Part shown: one piece after another, positions 18,932-26,496 of the stretch
How positions within the stretch are numbered: position 1 is the stretch's first letter
Layout of the letters: the number at the start of each line of letters is the position of its first letter
DNA from: Cuniculiplasma divulgatum
GTDB lineage: Archaea > Thermoplasmatota > Thermoplasmata > Thermoplasmatales > Thermoplasmataceae
Assembly (NCBI RefSeq): GCF_900083515.1
Contig: NZ_LT671858.1
Span: forward strand, 570,001 to 602,000
Direction of reading: 5' to 3'
DNA length: 32,000 nt
Position numbers and translations under genes: made by a program
Notes under the pieces: generated by a model
Database searches by the model: none
Told to the model about the DNA's origin: nothing
Seen by the model: only the letters and a program-made list of their open reading frames with translations

Positions 18932-20900
18932 TACAAAGAAACTGAAAACGATAGCACAGGGCACCAATGATAATGGAAGCAAAGAAGAACGATTTGACCT
19001 TATCGCTGAACTTGGGGGAGGGTACTTTTCCACACCCCAAGGTTTAGCCTTTTACTTCGGAAACAATGCTCCGCCAATTGAGATAGAAAGCCCACAATTT
19101 GAAGGGTTGATGAGTGAGATAAAGTATAATCGCTTGGGACGTCCAGCAAACGGTGAGGAAATATTAGCAGTCAGGAGGCTAACCCGTTATTACGCAAGCA
19201 AGAACGTGAGAGAAGTTGGAGTAAGAGTAGCAAGGATGGATGATGCAATCATCTACGATCCGGTGTGCGAAGATGGGAAGATCTTCAAAATTAATAGCGA
19301 TGGTATTGTCCTAACTGCGTTGGAAAAACCTGCAACTGTCAGATTTGTGGGAATGCTTCACGCTGAGGTTATGGATGGGATTAGAGAAGATTACCTCAGC
19401 CTCATTGACACATGGCGTATGGATGATAATACAAAATTGCTTTCTATTGGTCTTGATTTTTCCAGGTTTATCCCAGGCATTCCTCATGCTATTGAAGTGG
19501 TCACTGGGGACCATGGCGCCGGAAAAACAAGCTATACAGTGGCGAAAAGGGAATTAATTGATCCTAATGGAGCCCCCACACAGGCACTAAAGTTTGATGA
19601 ACGGGACATAAGCATATCTGCACTTCATCAAGGCATACTGGCATTTGATAATGTGAATACCACCATGCCTGACTACATTTCAGATGTCATTTGTAGAATT
19701 TCAACTGGCCAGGGGTTCAGGACGCGTGAACTTTACTCTAACACGTCAGAGGTCATTTTAAAGCTCAAAAAGCCGATTTTGATGAATGGAATCAATATAC
19801 CAGGATACAAGCCGGACTTTCTAGATCGTAGCGTCCCAATACTGCTAAGACCCATATTTGGGGAAGGCCGACTGAGCGAAAGTGAGATAAAACAGAGAGT
19901 CGAAAACCTATTGCCCAGTGCCAGAGGGTATCTGCTTTCTGTTGTTCCTAAGGCCATTCAACTGTACCCAGAAGTTGAAAAGGAATTGATGGGCAAACTC
20001 CCCAGAATGGCTGATTTCGTTATTTGGGCTGAATGCGGATTGAGGGCAATGGGATTTCCCTCAGGTGCATTTTTTAACGCATATCAACAGGTAAAAAAAC
20101 GCGAGACTGAGGACCTGGCAAAGGAAAACACCCTGATCATCGCCATACAGGAATTAATGTCAGATCGTGAAGAATGGAGAGGAACCAGCTCAGAGCTCCT
20201 AGATAATCTGAACCCATATATAACGGAGAATAAGCGTAGATTTGATTCTAAGCTTCTCCCGAAGGATCCGAAGAGACTTGGAAGATTGATAAAAGAGCAC
20301 GAACTAGTACTTCGGGAGCTAGGATATGAAGTAGCGACCCTCACGGATGGAAATCGAACAAAAGTGATCAGGCGGATCGGGTCGGTAGATAAAGTTAATG
20401 TCAGTGACGTAAGAACTGAACCAGACATCACAAAATACGGGCTCCCCGGAGCTGACATTAACAAAAACACGACTTTAGAAAAAATATCTAATGTCAGTGA
20501 AGTGGGGCTCGTAAAAATCGGGTTCCAAAGTAAATCTGACAACACTGACATTAGAAATATGTACGAAGCCTATGAAGAAGACGGAAAAAAGAGTGGTGAA
20601 CACGCGCCAGATATTGTAAATTCCGCATTCACGAGTGAAGACTCCGATCAAATGTCGTTCACAAAGGAACAGGGAGACGAGTCTGTAAGAATTGTACTAC
20701 AACAGGGGGTTCACTTAAACGCAGCTGATACCGGTGTTTCTATTTATGGGGACAAGTTCAACATAGCAGTAATAGGTGCATACTACCGTCAGAACACTGA
20801 AACCGTGAATCGAATAATGGAAGATCTCGGTTTCAAAAAAGGAAATACTGGAAGTCTTCTAAATGTGTTTTTTAGCAGGACATTAAAAGGAGGTGATTAA
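18906..20900 (+). CDS. P-loop NTPase, probable replicative (SF3/D5-like) helicase partner of PrimPol
   Basis: Walker A GDHGAGKTS, Walker B-like GILAFDNVN. 664 aa, overlapping the PrimPol 3' end. ATG 18915 behind the ggaaggtga RBS is an alternative start. Confidence 0.7.
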   Translation: MKNMTAKTDTKKLKTIAQGTNDNGSKEERFDLIAELGGGYFSTPQGLAFYFGNNAPPIEIESPQFEGLMSEIKYNRLGRPANGEEILAVRRLTRYYASKNVREVGVRVARMDDAIIYDPVCEDGKIFKINSDGIVLTALEKPATVRFVGMLHAEVMDGIREDYLSLIDTWRMDDNTKLLSIGLDFSRFIPGIPHAIEVVTGDHGAGKTSYTVAKRELIDPNGAPTQALKFDERDISISALHQGILAFDNVNTTMPDYISDVICRISTGQGFRTRELYSNTSEVILKLKKPILMNGINIPGYKPDFLDRSVPILLRPIFGEGRLSESEIKQRVENLLPSARGYLLSVVPKAIQLYPEVEKELMGKLPRMADFVIWAECGLRAMGFPSGAFFNAYQQVKKRETEDLAKENTLIIAIQELMSDREEWRGTSSELLDNLNPYITENKRRFDSKLLPKDPKRLGRLIKEHELVLRELGYEVATLTDGNRTKVIRRIGSVDKVNVSDVRTEPDITKYGLPGADINKNTTLEKISNVSEVGLVKIGFQSKSDNTDIRNMYEAYEEDGKKSGEHAPDIVNSAFTSEDSDQMSFTKEQGDESVRIVLQQGVHLNAADTGVSIYGDKFNIAVIGAYYRQNTETVNRIMEDLGFKKGNTGSLLNVFFSRTLKGGD

Positions 20901-20902
20901 AA

Positions 20903-21184
20903 ATGATCCTCCATGGAAATCTTAAAGGTCTTCAAGGATCAACAGCAAGTGTAAATTACATAGGGCCTAAAAACGCCCCTTACAAACTTACTGGAGAGTT
21001 TCAGAGAATAGCATTCAACAGGATTATACTTGATGGTTTGAAATCAGGAAGAACCCATAGAATACCACTGGAGAGGGTGATCTCCATCGCTGAGCTTGAC
21101 TCAGATTTTAAGATCCTAAATTTTTTACAGGATGGCTCAGGGGCAGCCTTAAGCCTCAAGGAGGAAGTGAACAGAAATGAATGA
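20903..21184 (+). CDS. Hypothetical protein
   Basis: 93-aa ORF starting 2 nt after the helicase stop behind the aaaggaggtga RBS. No motif recognised. Confidence 0.55.
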   Translation: MILHGNLKGLQGSTASVNYIGPKNAPYKLTGEFQRIAFNRIILDGLKSGRTHRIPLERVISIAELDSDFKILNFLQDGSGAALSLKEEVNRNE

Positions 21185-21476
21185 ACAGAATTGGGAAATG
21201 AAAAAAGGAAAAGGAAAGAGAATAGTGATTTGCTCAGTGCATGATAAGCGCTCAGGAGAGATCGGATCACTGGTCATAGATCGTGACGTGAAGCTCCTTC
21301 ACTGTGAACTCTGTAATGACTTTATGTGCGGGCACATAAAATATGCAATGTCCATAGAGAAAGTAAGGAAGGATCTTTTAGATGCCATAAACAGGATCTG
21401 TGACCGGTGCAGCAGTTACAACCTTCCAGGAACGAATTACTGCGATCAGTGTGGTGCAAAGCTGGAGGTGGGTTGA
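21177..21476 (+). CDS. Hypothetical protein with Cys-rich zinc-ribbon motifs
   Basis: CSVH...CELCNDFMCGH and C-terminal CDRCSSYNLPGTNYCDQCGAKL (CxxC-x10-CxxC). Overlaps the upstream stop. Confidence 0.6.
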   Translation: MNEQNWEMKKGKGKRIVICSVHDKRSGEIGSLVIDRDVKLLHCELCNDFMCGHIKYAMSIEKVRKDLLDAINRICDRCSSYNLPGTNYCDQCGAKLEVG

Positions 21477-21477
21477 A

Positions 21478-21612
21478 TTGAAAATAAGTGAAAATGGTGC
21501 AGAAACCATAAGAAGAATTTTGAACAACCCACTCACTTATTGTTTTGTATGGATCCTTGTTTGGGCTGGAAAAAAGATATTCAAGGATGAGGTGAATTAC
21601 AATGAAATCTGA
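21478..21612 (+). CDS. Possible small membrane protein (44 aa, TTG start)
   Basis: TTG 21478 directly after the upstream stop. KISENGAETIRRILNNPLTYCFVWILVWAGKKIF has one hydrophobic segment. Weak support. Confidence 0.25.
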   Translation: MKISENGAETIRRILNNPLTYCFVWILVWAGKKIFKDEVNYNEI

Positions 21613-21654
21613 TATCGTACCTAATCGGGATATCATCAGAAATGGAGGGAGATC

Positions 21655-21894
21655 ATGATCAAAGCAGAAACAAACCCTCAGGGAAAGCAGGGCAACGAAG
21701 CGAGGAATTACAGCAATCCTGAACCGTTTAACACTTCCCAGATCGGGAGGTCAATTACAGTAACGCTAACCAATGGAAGAATAGAGGCTGGCATTCTCAA
21801 ATCTCTTGGTGCTTACATGATAAGCATTAAGATGCCTAATGGAAGGGAACTGATCATCAACAAGGGTCATATTATAACGGTGAGTATCCTATGA
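21655..21894 (+). CDS. Small protein with an Sm/SH3-like beta-barrel pattern
   Basis: RBS ggaggga. ITVTLTNGRIEAGILKSLGAYMISIKMPNGRELIINKGHIITVSI resembles Sm1 (V-x-L-x-x-G-x-x-x-x-G-x-L) and Sm2 (I-x-x-G-x-x-I-x-x-I). Confidence 0.5.
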   Translation: MIKAETNPQGKQGNEARNYSNPEPFNTSQIGRSITVTLTNGRIEAGILKSLGAYMISIKMPNGRELIINKGHIITVSIL

Positions 21895-22361
21895 TAAGAC
21901 ACAAAGACATTAATCAACCATCACTGTTCGACTTTTCAGGAAAGAATGAAAGGGGAGGATATGATAACATTACCCATGATACTTCAATTCTGACAGCACG
22001 GATAAAACAACCAAAGTTAAGCAATGGAACCGAGAAGATGGAGATACTATCCCTTCAAGCAATGAAATACTGTTCAAGGTTCGAATCATGCTCAGCTCCT
22101 AAGTGTCCTTTAGACATTCTCATCAAGGCACGATCTGAAGTGGACGGAGATCCAAAATGCGAGATGGCCAGGGCAACCCGCCATAAGCACTGGGAAGCCA
22201 TGCCAGAGAATCTCAGGAATGAGCTACCATTTCAGGGATATTTCGAAGTGGAATTGAAGAGGATGAACGCAGCAAGGGAAAGATGGGAATCACTTCCCGA
22301 TGACCAGAAGGTAATTATTAAGGAGAGACTGAGGAATCTCAGGGAGGGAAGATCGCAATGA
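21891..22361 (+). CDS. Hypothetical protein (Cys cluster CSRFESCSAPKCP)
   Basis: 156-aa ORF with ATGA overlap at both ends, indicating operon context. Confidence 0.55.
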   Translation: MIRHKDINQPSLFDFSGKNERGGYDNITHDTSILTARIKQPKLSNGTEKMEILSLQAMKYCSRFESCSAPKCPLDILIKARSEVDGDPKCEMARATRHKHWEAMPENLRNELPFQGYFEVELKRMNAARERWESLPDDQKVIIKERLRNLREGRSQ

Positions 22362-22576
22362 CGCAGTCAAGCTATAAAATAGGAGCTCACAAAATTAAGA
22401 TATTCCGGCAGTGCAGAAGTGGATCTCATGATACGTGCCCAGTGTCATTAATGGTGGAACCCTCACTATCAGGACCGGAAGGAGAAAGGATACCTTCAGG
22501 TCGCCATGTTAGGATATATTGCGAATGCCCATGCCATGCTAAGGTCCCTGAATCTCCCAAGAACCGGTCGAAATGA
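22358..22576 (+). CDS. Small Cys/His-rich putative zinc-binding protein
   Basis: 72 aa with C-x6-H-x2-C ... CECPCH. Confidence 0.45.
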   Translation: MTQSSYKIGAHKIKIFRQCRSGSHDTCPVSLMVEPSLSGPEGERIPSGRHVRIYCECPCHAKVPESPKNRSK

Positions 22577-22646
22577 AAACTTTATTTTCCCGATTTCTTG
22601 TCGATTTATCGATTCTCATTTCCATACTTAATTAGATGTGGTATAA

Positions 22647-22910
22647 TTGAATGTAACTGAACTAAAGATAAAGGTCAATGCCAGCTTTGACAGCACTGAT
22701 CTGCTGATACTGGATATATTTCGCCGGATCCCTTCCAGGTCCTTGAGGGTACATACTATTGTTGACATCTTGGAATATGAAGAAGTAATGCTGAACTCAT
22801 GGGAGCTCCGAGATCGATTAAGAAGGCTTGTAATACTTGGCCTTGTGGTCCGGCACCAGGGAAAGAGAAGCGATCGTTATTCGATTTCACATGAGTATAT
22901 GGATCCATGA
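22647..22910 (+). CDS. Winged-helix DNA-binding protein
   Basis: 87 aa, TTG start. ILDIFRRIPSRSLRVHTIVDIL...LRRLVILGLVVRHQGKRSDRYSI fits helix-turn-helix plus wing. The gene is flanked by repeat-rich DNA. Confidence 0.55.
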   Translation: MNVTELKIKVNASFDSTDLLILDIFRRIPSRSLRVHTIVDILEYEEVMLNSWELRDRLRRLVILGLVVRHQGKRSDRYSISHEYMDP

Positions 22911-23043
22911 AAGACCCCCTTCCCCCCTTACTTAAGTTAATGTCCTCATTGTCATTTTCGTGTTTAAATTTCTGGACCGTCCCAAAGTTTTTAGGAAAAA
23001 TCTCCGCATCTTCATGGCTATGCATTCCCATTTGTTTATGCCT

Positions 23044-23074
23044 TTATGATGAAATGTAAAAAATGATTCAAATT
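23044..23074 (+). repeat. 31-bp direct repeat, copy 1
   Basis: TTATGATGAAATGTAAAAAATGATTCAAATT is identical to 23135-23165. Confidence 0.85.
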
Positions 23075-23134
23075 TTCATTTTCGATTTCTTCACCATCTT
23101 TTTCATGTCCATTCTCTCTTAATTATATACGCTC

Positions 23135-23165
23135 TTATGATGAAATGTAAAAAATGATTCAAATT
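23135..23165 (+). repeat. 31-bp direct repeat, copy 2
   Basis: Identical to 23044-23074, 91 bp periodicity, just downstream of the integrase stop. Confidence 0.85.
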
Positions 23166-23195
23166 GATTTTTTCGGTTAGTTAGTTGACCGGTTG

Positions 23196-24524
23196 TCAGG
23201 AAGGCAACTTGACGACTGCCTTATCTCCCTTGGGATATATCTGCACGAGTTCCCATCCCTTGTTGAGATAGATTTCGAGTTCTCTTTCAGGTATGGTCTT
23301 ATGCCGGTTCCCATTGTTGAGGATCTCCGCCTTCTTATCCCTGAATATCTCTTTCAATCTCTCCTGGAGGTCATCTAAATCGAGTGCCATAAGGTCTTCT
23401 TTCTCCTTGTCAGAAAGGTTCGTTCCGTAAGCAGTTTCCAGAATCATTATTGCAGTCTCCTTCATTGTATTGGTAGTTATCTTAGCTACATCCTCTTCTT
23501 TGATTCCGTGGTCCTCAGTCTCAAGGAACTTAAGGCATTTGACGTAACTTGACCTCATATCCTCTATTGTGTCGGAAGTAAGCATTTTGTCAAGAGTATA
23601 TCTATGTTCCATGGATCCGGAATGCCCCATCATAAAAACTCTGTAGTCGTGCATGATAAATCCTTTTGATTCCGCGAGCATCAGTTGGGTGTCAAAATAG
23701 CTTCTAAGTATATATGGCCTATTTTCGAATCCGGCCGATCTTATACTCTGTCTTATCAGATCACCTATATTTATAGTGGTTATGTGCTTTTTTCTAAGAG
23801 CTAATTTTGAGGGTACAATTATAGGCGATTCTGCCATGAGAACCTCGCCTTCAATCATTCTTTTCTGTAAATAGGCAGACAAATAGCCAGTTCCTTCGGG
23901 GCCGATGAATGTAATGTACGGCTTGCGGGTTTTGCTAAGTTCAGGTCTTACCTTGACCATTGTTACTTCATTTTCGAAGGAAACTGTCTTAGAATCAACG
24001 TCAACGTGCATCTCGGGAAGATCTCTAATTTCCAGTCCTCCCTTTCCCATGTAGTCGCCTAATGCCTCCAGCCTTAGGCCAGAGAATGCAATTAGCGCGC
24101 ATGCAGTTTTTGATCTTGCATCGCCAACTGAAAATATTTTCTTTAATGATTGCTGAGAAGGGATACTCTCATTTCCATACCTGGTATTAACTCCCGCGTT
24201 TTTGATTTTTAGTTTTCTTATTAGTTTTCTGCCATTGAATGAAAGCCACGATTTAACGGCCTTAACGCTTGAATTTATATAATTGGGAGAAAGTCCCCTA
24301 TCCTCCTCGGTGCCAATGAAGTCCGTCAGCAGATTGGTTAAGGATTCATCTGATAGTTCCAGAAGATCCATGGGAGTTTTACTGACCTCGTTGCAGAAGG
24401 AACCGAGTCTTCTCAAAATTACATCAGCAGTTAGCTGCGACCCTCTTGCGCAGTCTCTAAACCATCTTTCGACTTGTTTTTCCTTCAAGAGATCAATATA
24501 TTTTTTCCCCCTTCCAGTCACCAT
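23196..24524 (-). CDS. int: Tyrosine recombinase / integrase (intact, non-split type)
   Basis: Box I AFSGLRLEAL, box II-like YILRSYFDTQL ... MMGHSGSMEHRYT. The 5' end lies 52 nt from attR. Confidence 0.88.
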   Translation of the reverse strand: MVTGRGKKYIDLLKEKQVERWFRDCARGSQLTADVILRRLGSFCNEVSKTPMDLLELSDESLTNLLTDFIGTEEDRGLSPNYINSSVKAVKSWLSFNGRKLIRKLKIKNAGVNTRYGNESIPSQQSLKKIFSVGDARSKTACALIAFSGLRLEALGDYMGKGGLEIRDLPEMHVDVDSKTVSFENEVTMVKVRPELSKTRKPYITFIGPEGTGYLSAYLQKRMIEGEVLMAESPIIVPSKLALRKKHITTINIGDLIRQSIRSAGFENRPYILRSYFDTQLMLAESKGFIMHDYRVFMMGHSGSMEHRYTLDKMLTSDTIEDMRSSYVKCLKFLETEDHGIKEEDVAKITTNTMKETAIMILETAYGTNLSDKEKEDLMALDLDDLQERLKEIFRDKKAEILNNGNRHKTIPERELEIYLNKGWELVQIYPKGDKAVVKLPS

Positions 24525-24575
24525 GACAAAGAGAATGTAAGATACTATTTAAGTTCTATCCTTAAACCTAATACA

Positions 24576-24596
24576 GTTCAAATCCCAGTGTCCCCA
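24576..24596 (+). repeat. attR: 21-bp direct repeat (copy of the tRNA-Trp 3' end)
   Basis: GTTCAAATCCCAGTGTCCCCA is identical to 16405-16425. Flanking bases diverge on both sides. Confidence 0.9.
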
Positions 24597-24853
24597 TCTC
24601 AGACGAATACTCTGACTTTGTTATTTTTTTTAACTTCTAAACCGCACATATTACTGCCTCCTAAAATTCGGGAAAAAACCGGGGTTCCCGCGCCCATGCG
24701 TAAAGCTTTAATGTCACTACCCAGAATATTATCATAGTAAATGAATGTGTTTTTAGACTCCATTACCTCTCAATTTATTTTTACCTCAGATTACGAATTG
24801 ATAATCATAAATGATAGTATGTATTAATATGCTCCATACTTATTAATTACTAA

Positions 24854-25372
24854 TTGTCAATCAAGAAGTCAGGCTACGAGGATGAAATTTTAAAATTCAT
24901 CTATACAAATTACCAAGACGTAGAGATTCCAATGACTAAACTTCAAGATATTATAACTTCATATTATACTGTAACTAGCTCAGCGGGTTCATTATATGAA
25001 AGCGGGTTGGTCAATAAACGAGAGGTTGTCTCTGGAAGAAAAACGATAATGATCTCTTTGACTAAAAAAGGAAGAGAAGTTGCAGAGCAACTCAAAAGAG
25101 CTGAGGCAATTTCACAAGGCAGGAAGCTCTCATCCACAGAAAGGTACGCTGTAATTCTATATCTATACCGAAACGGATCAAAGAATCTGAAGGAAATCAA
25201 TGAAGATCTTCCAGGATCAACTGAAATTTTAAGGGAGCTTGAAAAACTGAATGTTGTAAAGCAGGAAATCAAAAGTTCAAAATATCCTCAGGAAACAACG
25301 TTGAGTTTGACTGAGAAGGGAATGGAGATTGGATTAAGATTTGAGGAATTGGAGAGGATGATGGAAGAATGA
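24854..25372 (+). CDS. Transcription regulator with two winged-helix modules
   Basis: TTG start. EILKFIYTNYQ...MISLTKKGREVAEQLKRAE, then ILYLYRNGSKNLKEI...TLSLTEKGMEIGLRFEELERMMEE. An AGTATG/CATACT inverted pair and duplicated TATTAAT (24816-24849) sit just upstream. Confidence 0.6.
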   Translation: MSIKKSGYEDEILKFIYTNYQDVEIPMTKLQDIITSYYTVTSSAGSLYESGLVNKREVVSGRKTIMISLTKKGREVAEQLKRAEAISQGRKLSSTERYAVILYLYRNGSKNLKEINEDLPGSTEILRELEKLNVVKQEIKSSKYPQETTLSLTEKGMEIGLRFEELERMMEE

Positions 25373-25433
25373 ACGAAAGTGTGGATAATTCAAAGAGCAA
25401 TGATTTCCAGAATAGGTTAGGGGTGTATATGTA

Positions 25434-26399
25434 ATGTTGGTAGTTAACTCATACGTCCTTGTAGGAGAAGATTCTTTCAATCCAACATTGAAAATAGTAA
25501 TAGAAGTAGAAATTAAAGTTGGGTCGGAAGTTTTAATCAATGCGTTCGGAGACTTGAATTATCATGGAAAAAAAATTGGAAGATTGGAACCTTCAACTCA
25601 AAACGTTTTTGGTTTCCCCCTCTTCGCAATAAAATCCGAACTAAAGGATCAATCAGTTAAATATAATGTGGGTTTTGAATGCAAATTAGATAAGAATGTC
25701 TTAAAATACATAAGCGATGGAAGAAAAGCGGAAAAGAATGGAGACGTAGTATTTATAGCCGAAATAAGGCTAATTTATCTTGAAAATCGAGCCTACATAA
25801 TAGAATCCAGAGTTCAAACAAATTTAGCAACGAACAACACCGCAAACATGTTATCAACTCTAAATGGTACTTCATACTTGGAAATGAGAACATACAACCC
25901 ACAAATTCCAATGACAATTAAATCATCGGATTGGATAAATGATTTTGCACCAAAACTAGGATTGGGGGAATATGAAATAATAGAAATCCCTAGATTAAAT
26001 GCTGTAAATATAAAGGAAAAATTCAGCAATTCACTTTCCGCCCTTGAGGTATCCAGGAAATACCTGTACTCTTTAAACAACGGCTCTGCAATGTCATCAC
26101 TCCGGAATTCTTTAAGGGAATTCAACGAGGCATTGAAAAATCTTGGATATAGAGACGAGAATGGAAAAAATGTGGATTACGGTAAAATATTCGATAGAAA
26201 CAAAAACAATGAAATTTTAGTTGAAACATTGCAGAAAAATCTATATAGTTCAAGCTCCAGAGGAGAAGAACCCGCAGCAGCACATATGGGTAATTCGGTT
26301 GAAGGATATGAAATCGAATCAATGATATTCATGACCTATTCATTGTACAAGATGGTTTTCGAAAAGCTTCGAGAGAAAGAGGAATCAGAGGGTGATTGA
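25434..26399 (+). CDS. Uncharacterised 321-aa protein (beta-rich N-terminal part, helical C-terminal part)
   Basis: Long ORF 61 nt after the regulator. No family recognised. The C-terminal SRGEEPAAAHMGN followed by an amphipathic helix is vaguely Abi_C/HEPN-like, but with R-x7-H spacing. Confidence 0.6.
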   Translation: MLVVNSYVLVGEDSFNPTLKIVIEVEIKVGSEVLINAFGDLNYHGKKIGRLEPSTQNVFGFPLFAIKSELKDQSVKYNVGFECKLDKNVLKYISDGRKAEKNGDVVFIAEIRLIYLENRAYIIESRVQTNLATNNTANMLSTLNGTSYLEMRTYNPQIPMTIKSSDWINDFAPKLGLGEYEIIEIPRLNAVNIKEKFSNSLSALEVSRKYLYSLNNGSAMSSLRNSLREFNEALKNLGYRDENGKNVDYGKIFDRNKNNEILVETLQKNLYSSSSRGEEPAAAHMGNSVEGYEIESMIFMTYSLYKMVFEKLREKEESEGD

Positions 26400-26403
26400 T
26401 AAT

Positions 26404-26490
26404 TATGAGACGACAAGCATAAGTTTGTCTGAAAAGGGAATGGAGATAGGAGAGATTCTAAGTAAGGTAGAGGGAATGATGGAGGAATGA
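26404..26490 (+). pseudogene. Remnant of the C-terminal wing/helix of a second wHTH regulator copy
   Basis: Translates to YETTSISLSEKGMEIGEILSKVEGMMEE*, parallel to ETTLSLTEKGMEIGLRFEELERMMEE* at the end of 24854-25372. The only possible in-frame start is GTG 26392. Confidence 0.5.
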
Positions 26491-26496
26491 TAAAAA

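Larger units (their letters stand above)
16405..24596. mobile_element. Integrated ~8.2-kb plasmid/provirus-like element at tRNA-Trp, with PrimPol, helicase and tyrosine integrase
   Basis: Bounded by the exact 21-bp repeat. The intact integrase gene abuts attR. Contains replication genes and many small overlapping ORFs. In single 60-nt spot counts it looks more GC-rich than the neighbouring DNA. Confidence 0.85.

Noticed and set aside
23044-23165. ATGATGA within the 31-bp repeats, considered as box C of a C/D sRNA
   Set aside because: There is no CTGA box D/D' at the required ~12-nt spacing and no terminal stem. The repeat is better explained as a protein-binding or iteron-like site.
24669-24690. 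GC-rich inverted repeat CGGGAA-aaaaaccgggg-TTCCCG just after attR, considered as a tRNA remnant or second att site
   Set aside because: I could not fold it or its surroundings into any tRNA arm pattern, and it has no second copy in the window. It is most likely a chance hairpin or a terminator for the upstream region.
24474-24737. Track ORF 24474..24737 (+), 87 aa, crossing attR
   Set aside because: It starts antisense to the integrase 5' end and reads across the att repeat into non-coding DNA. There is no coding signal.
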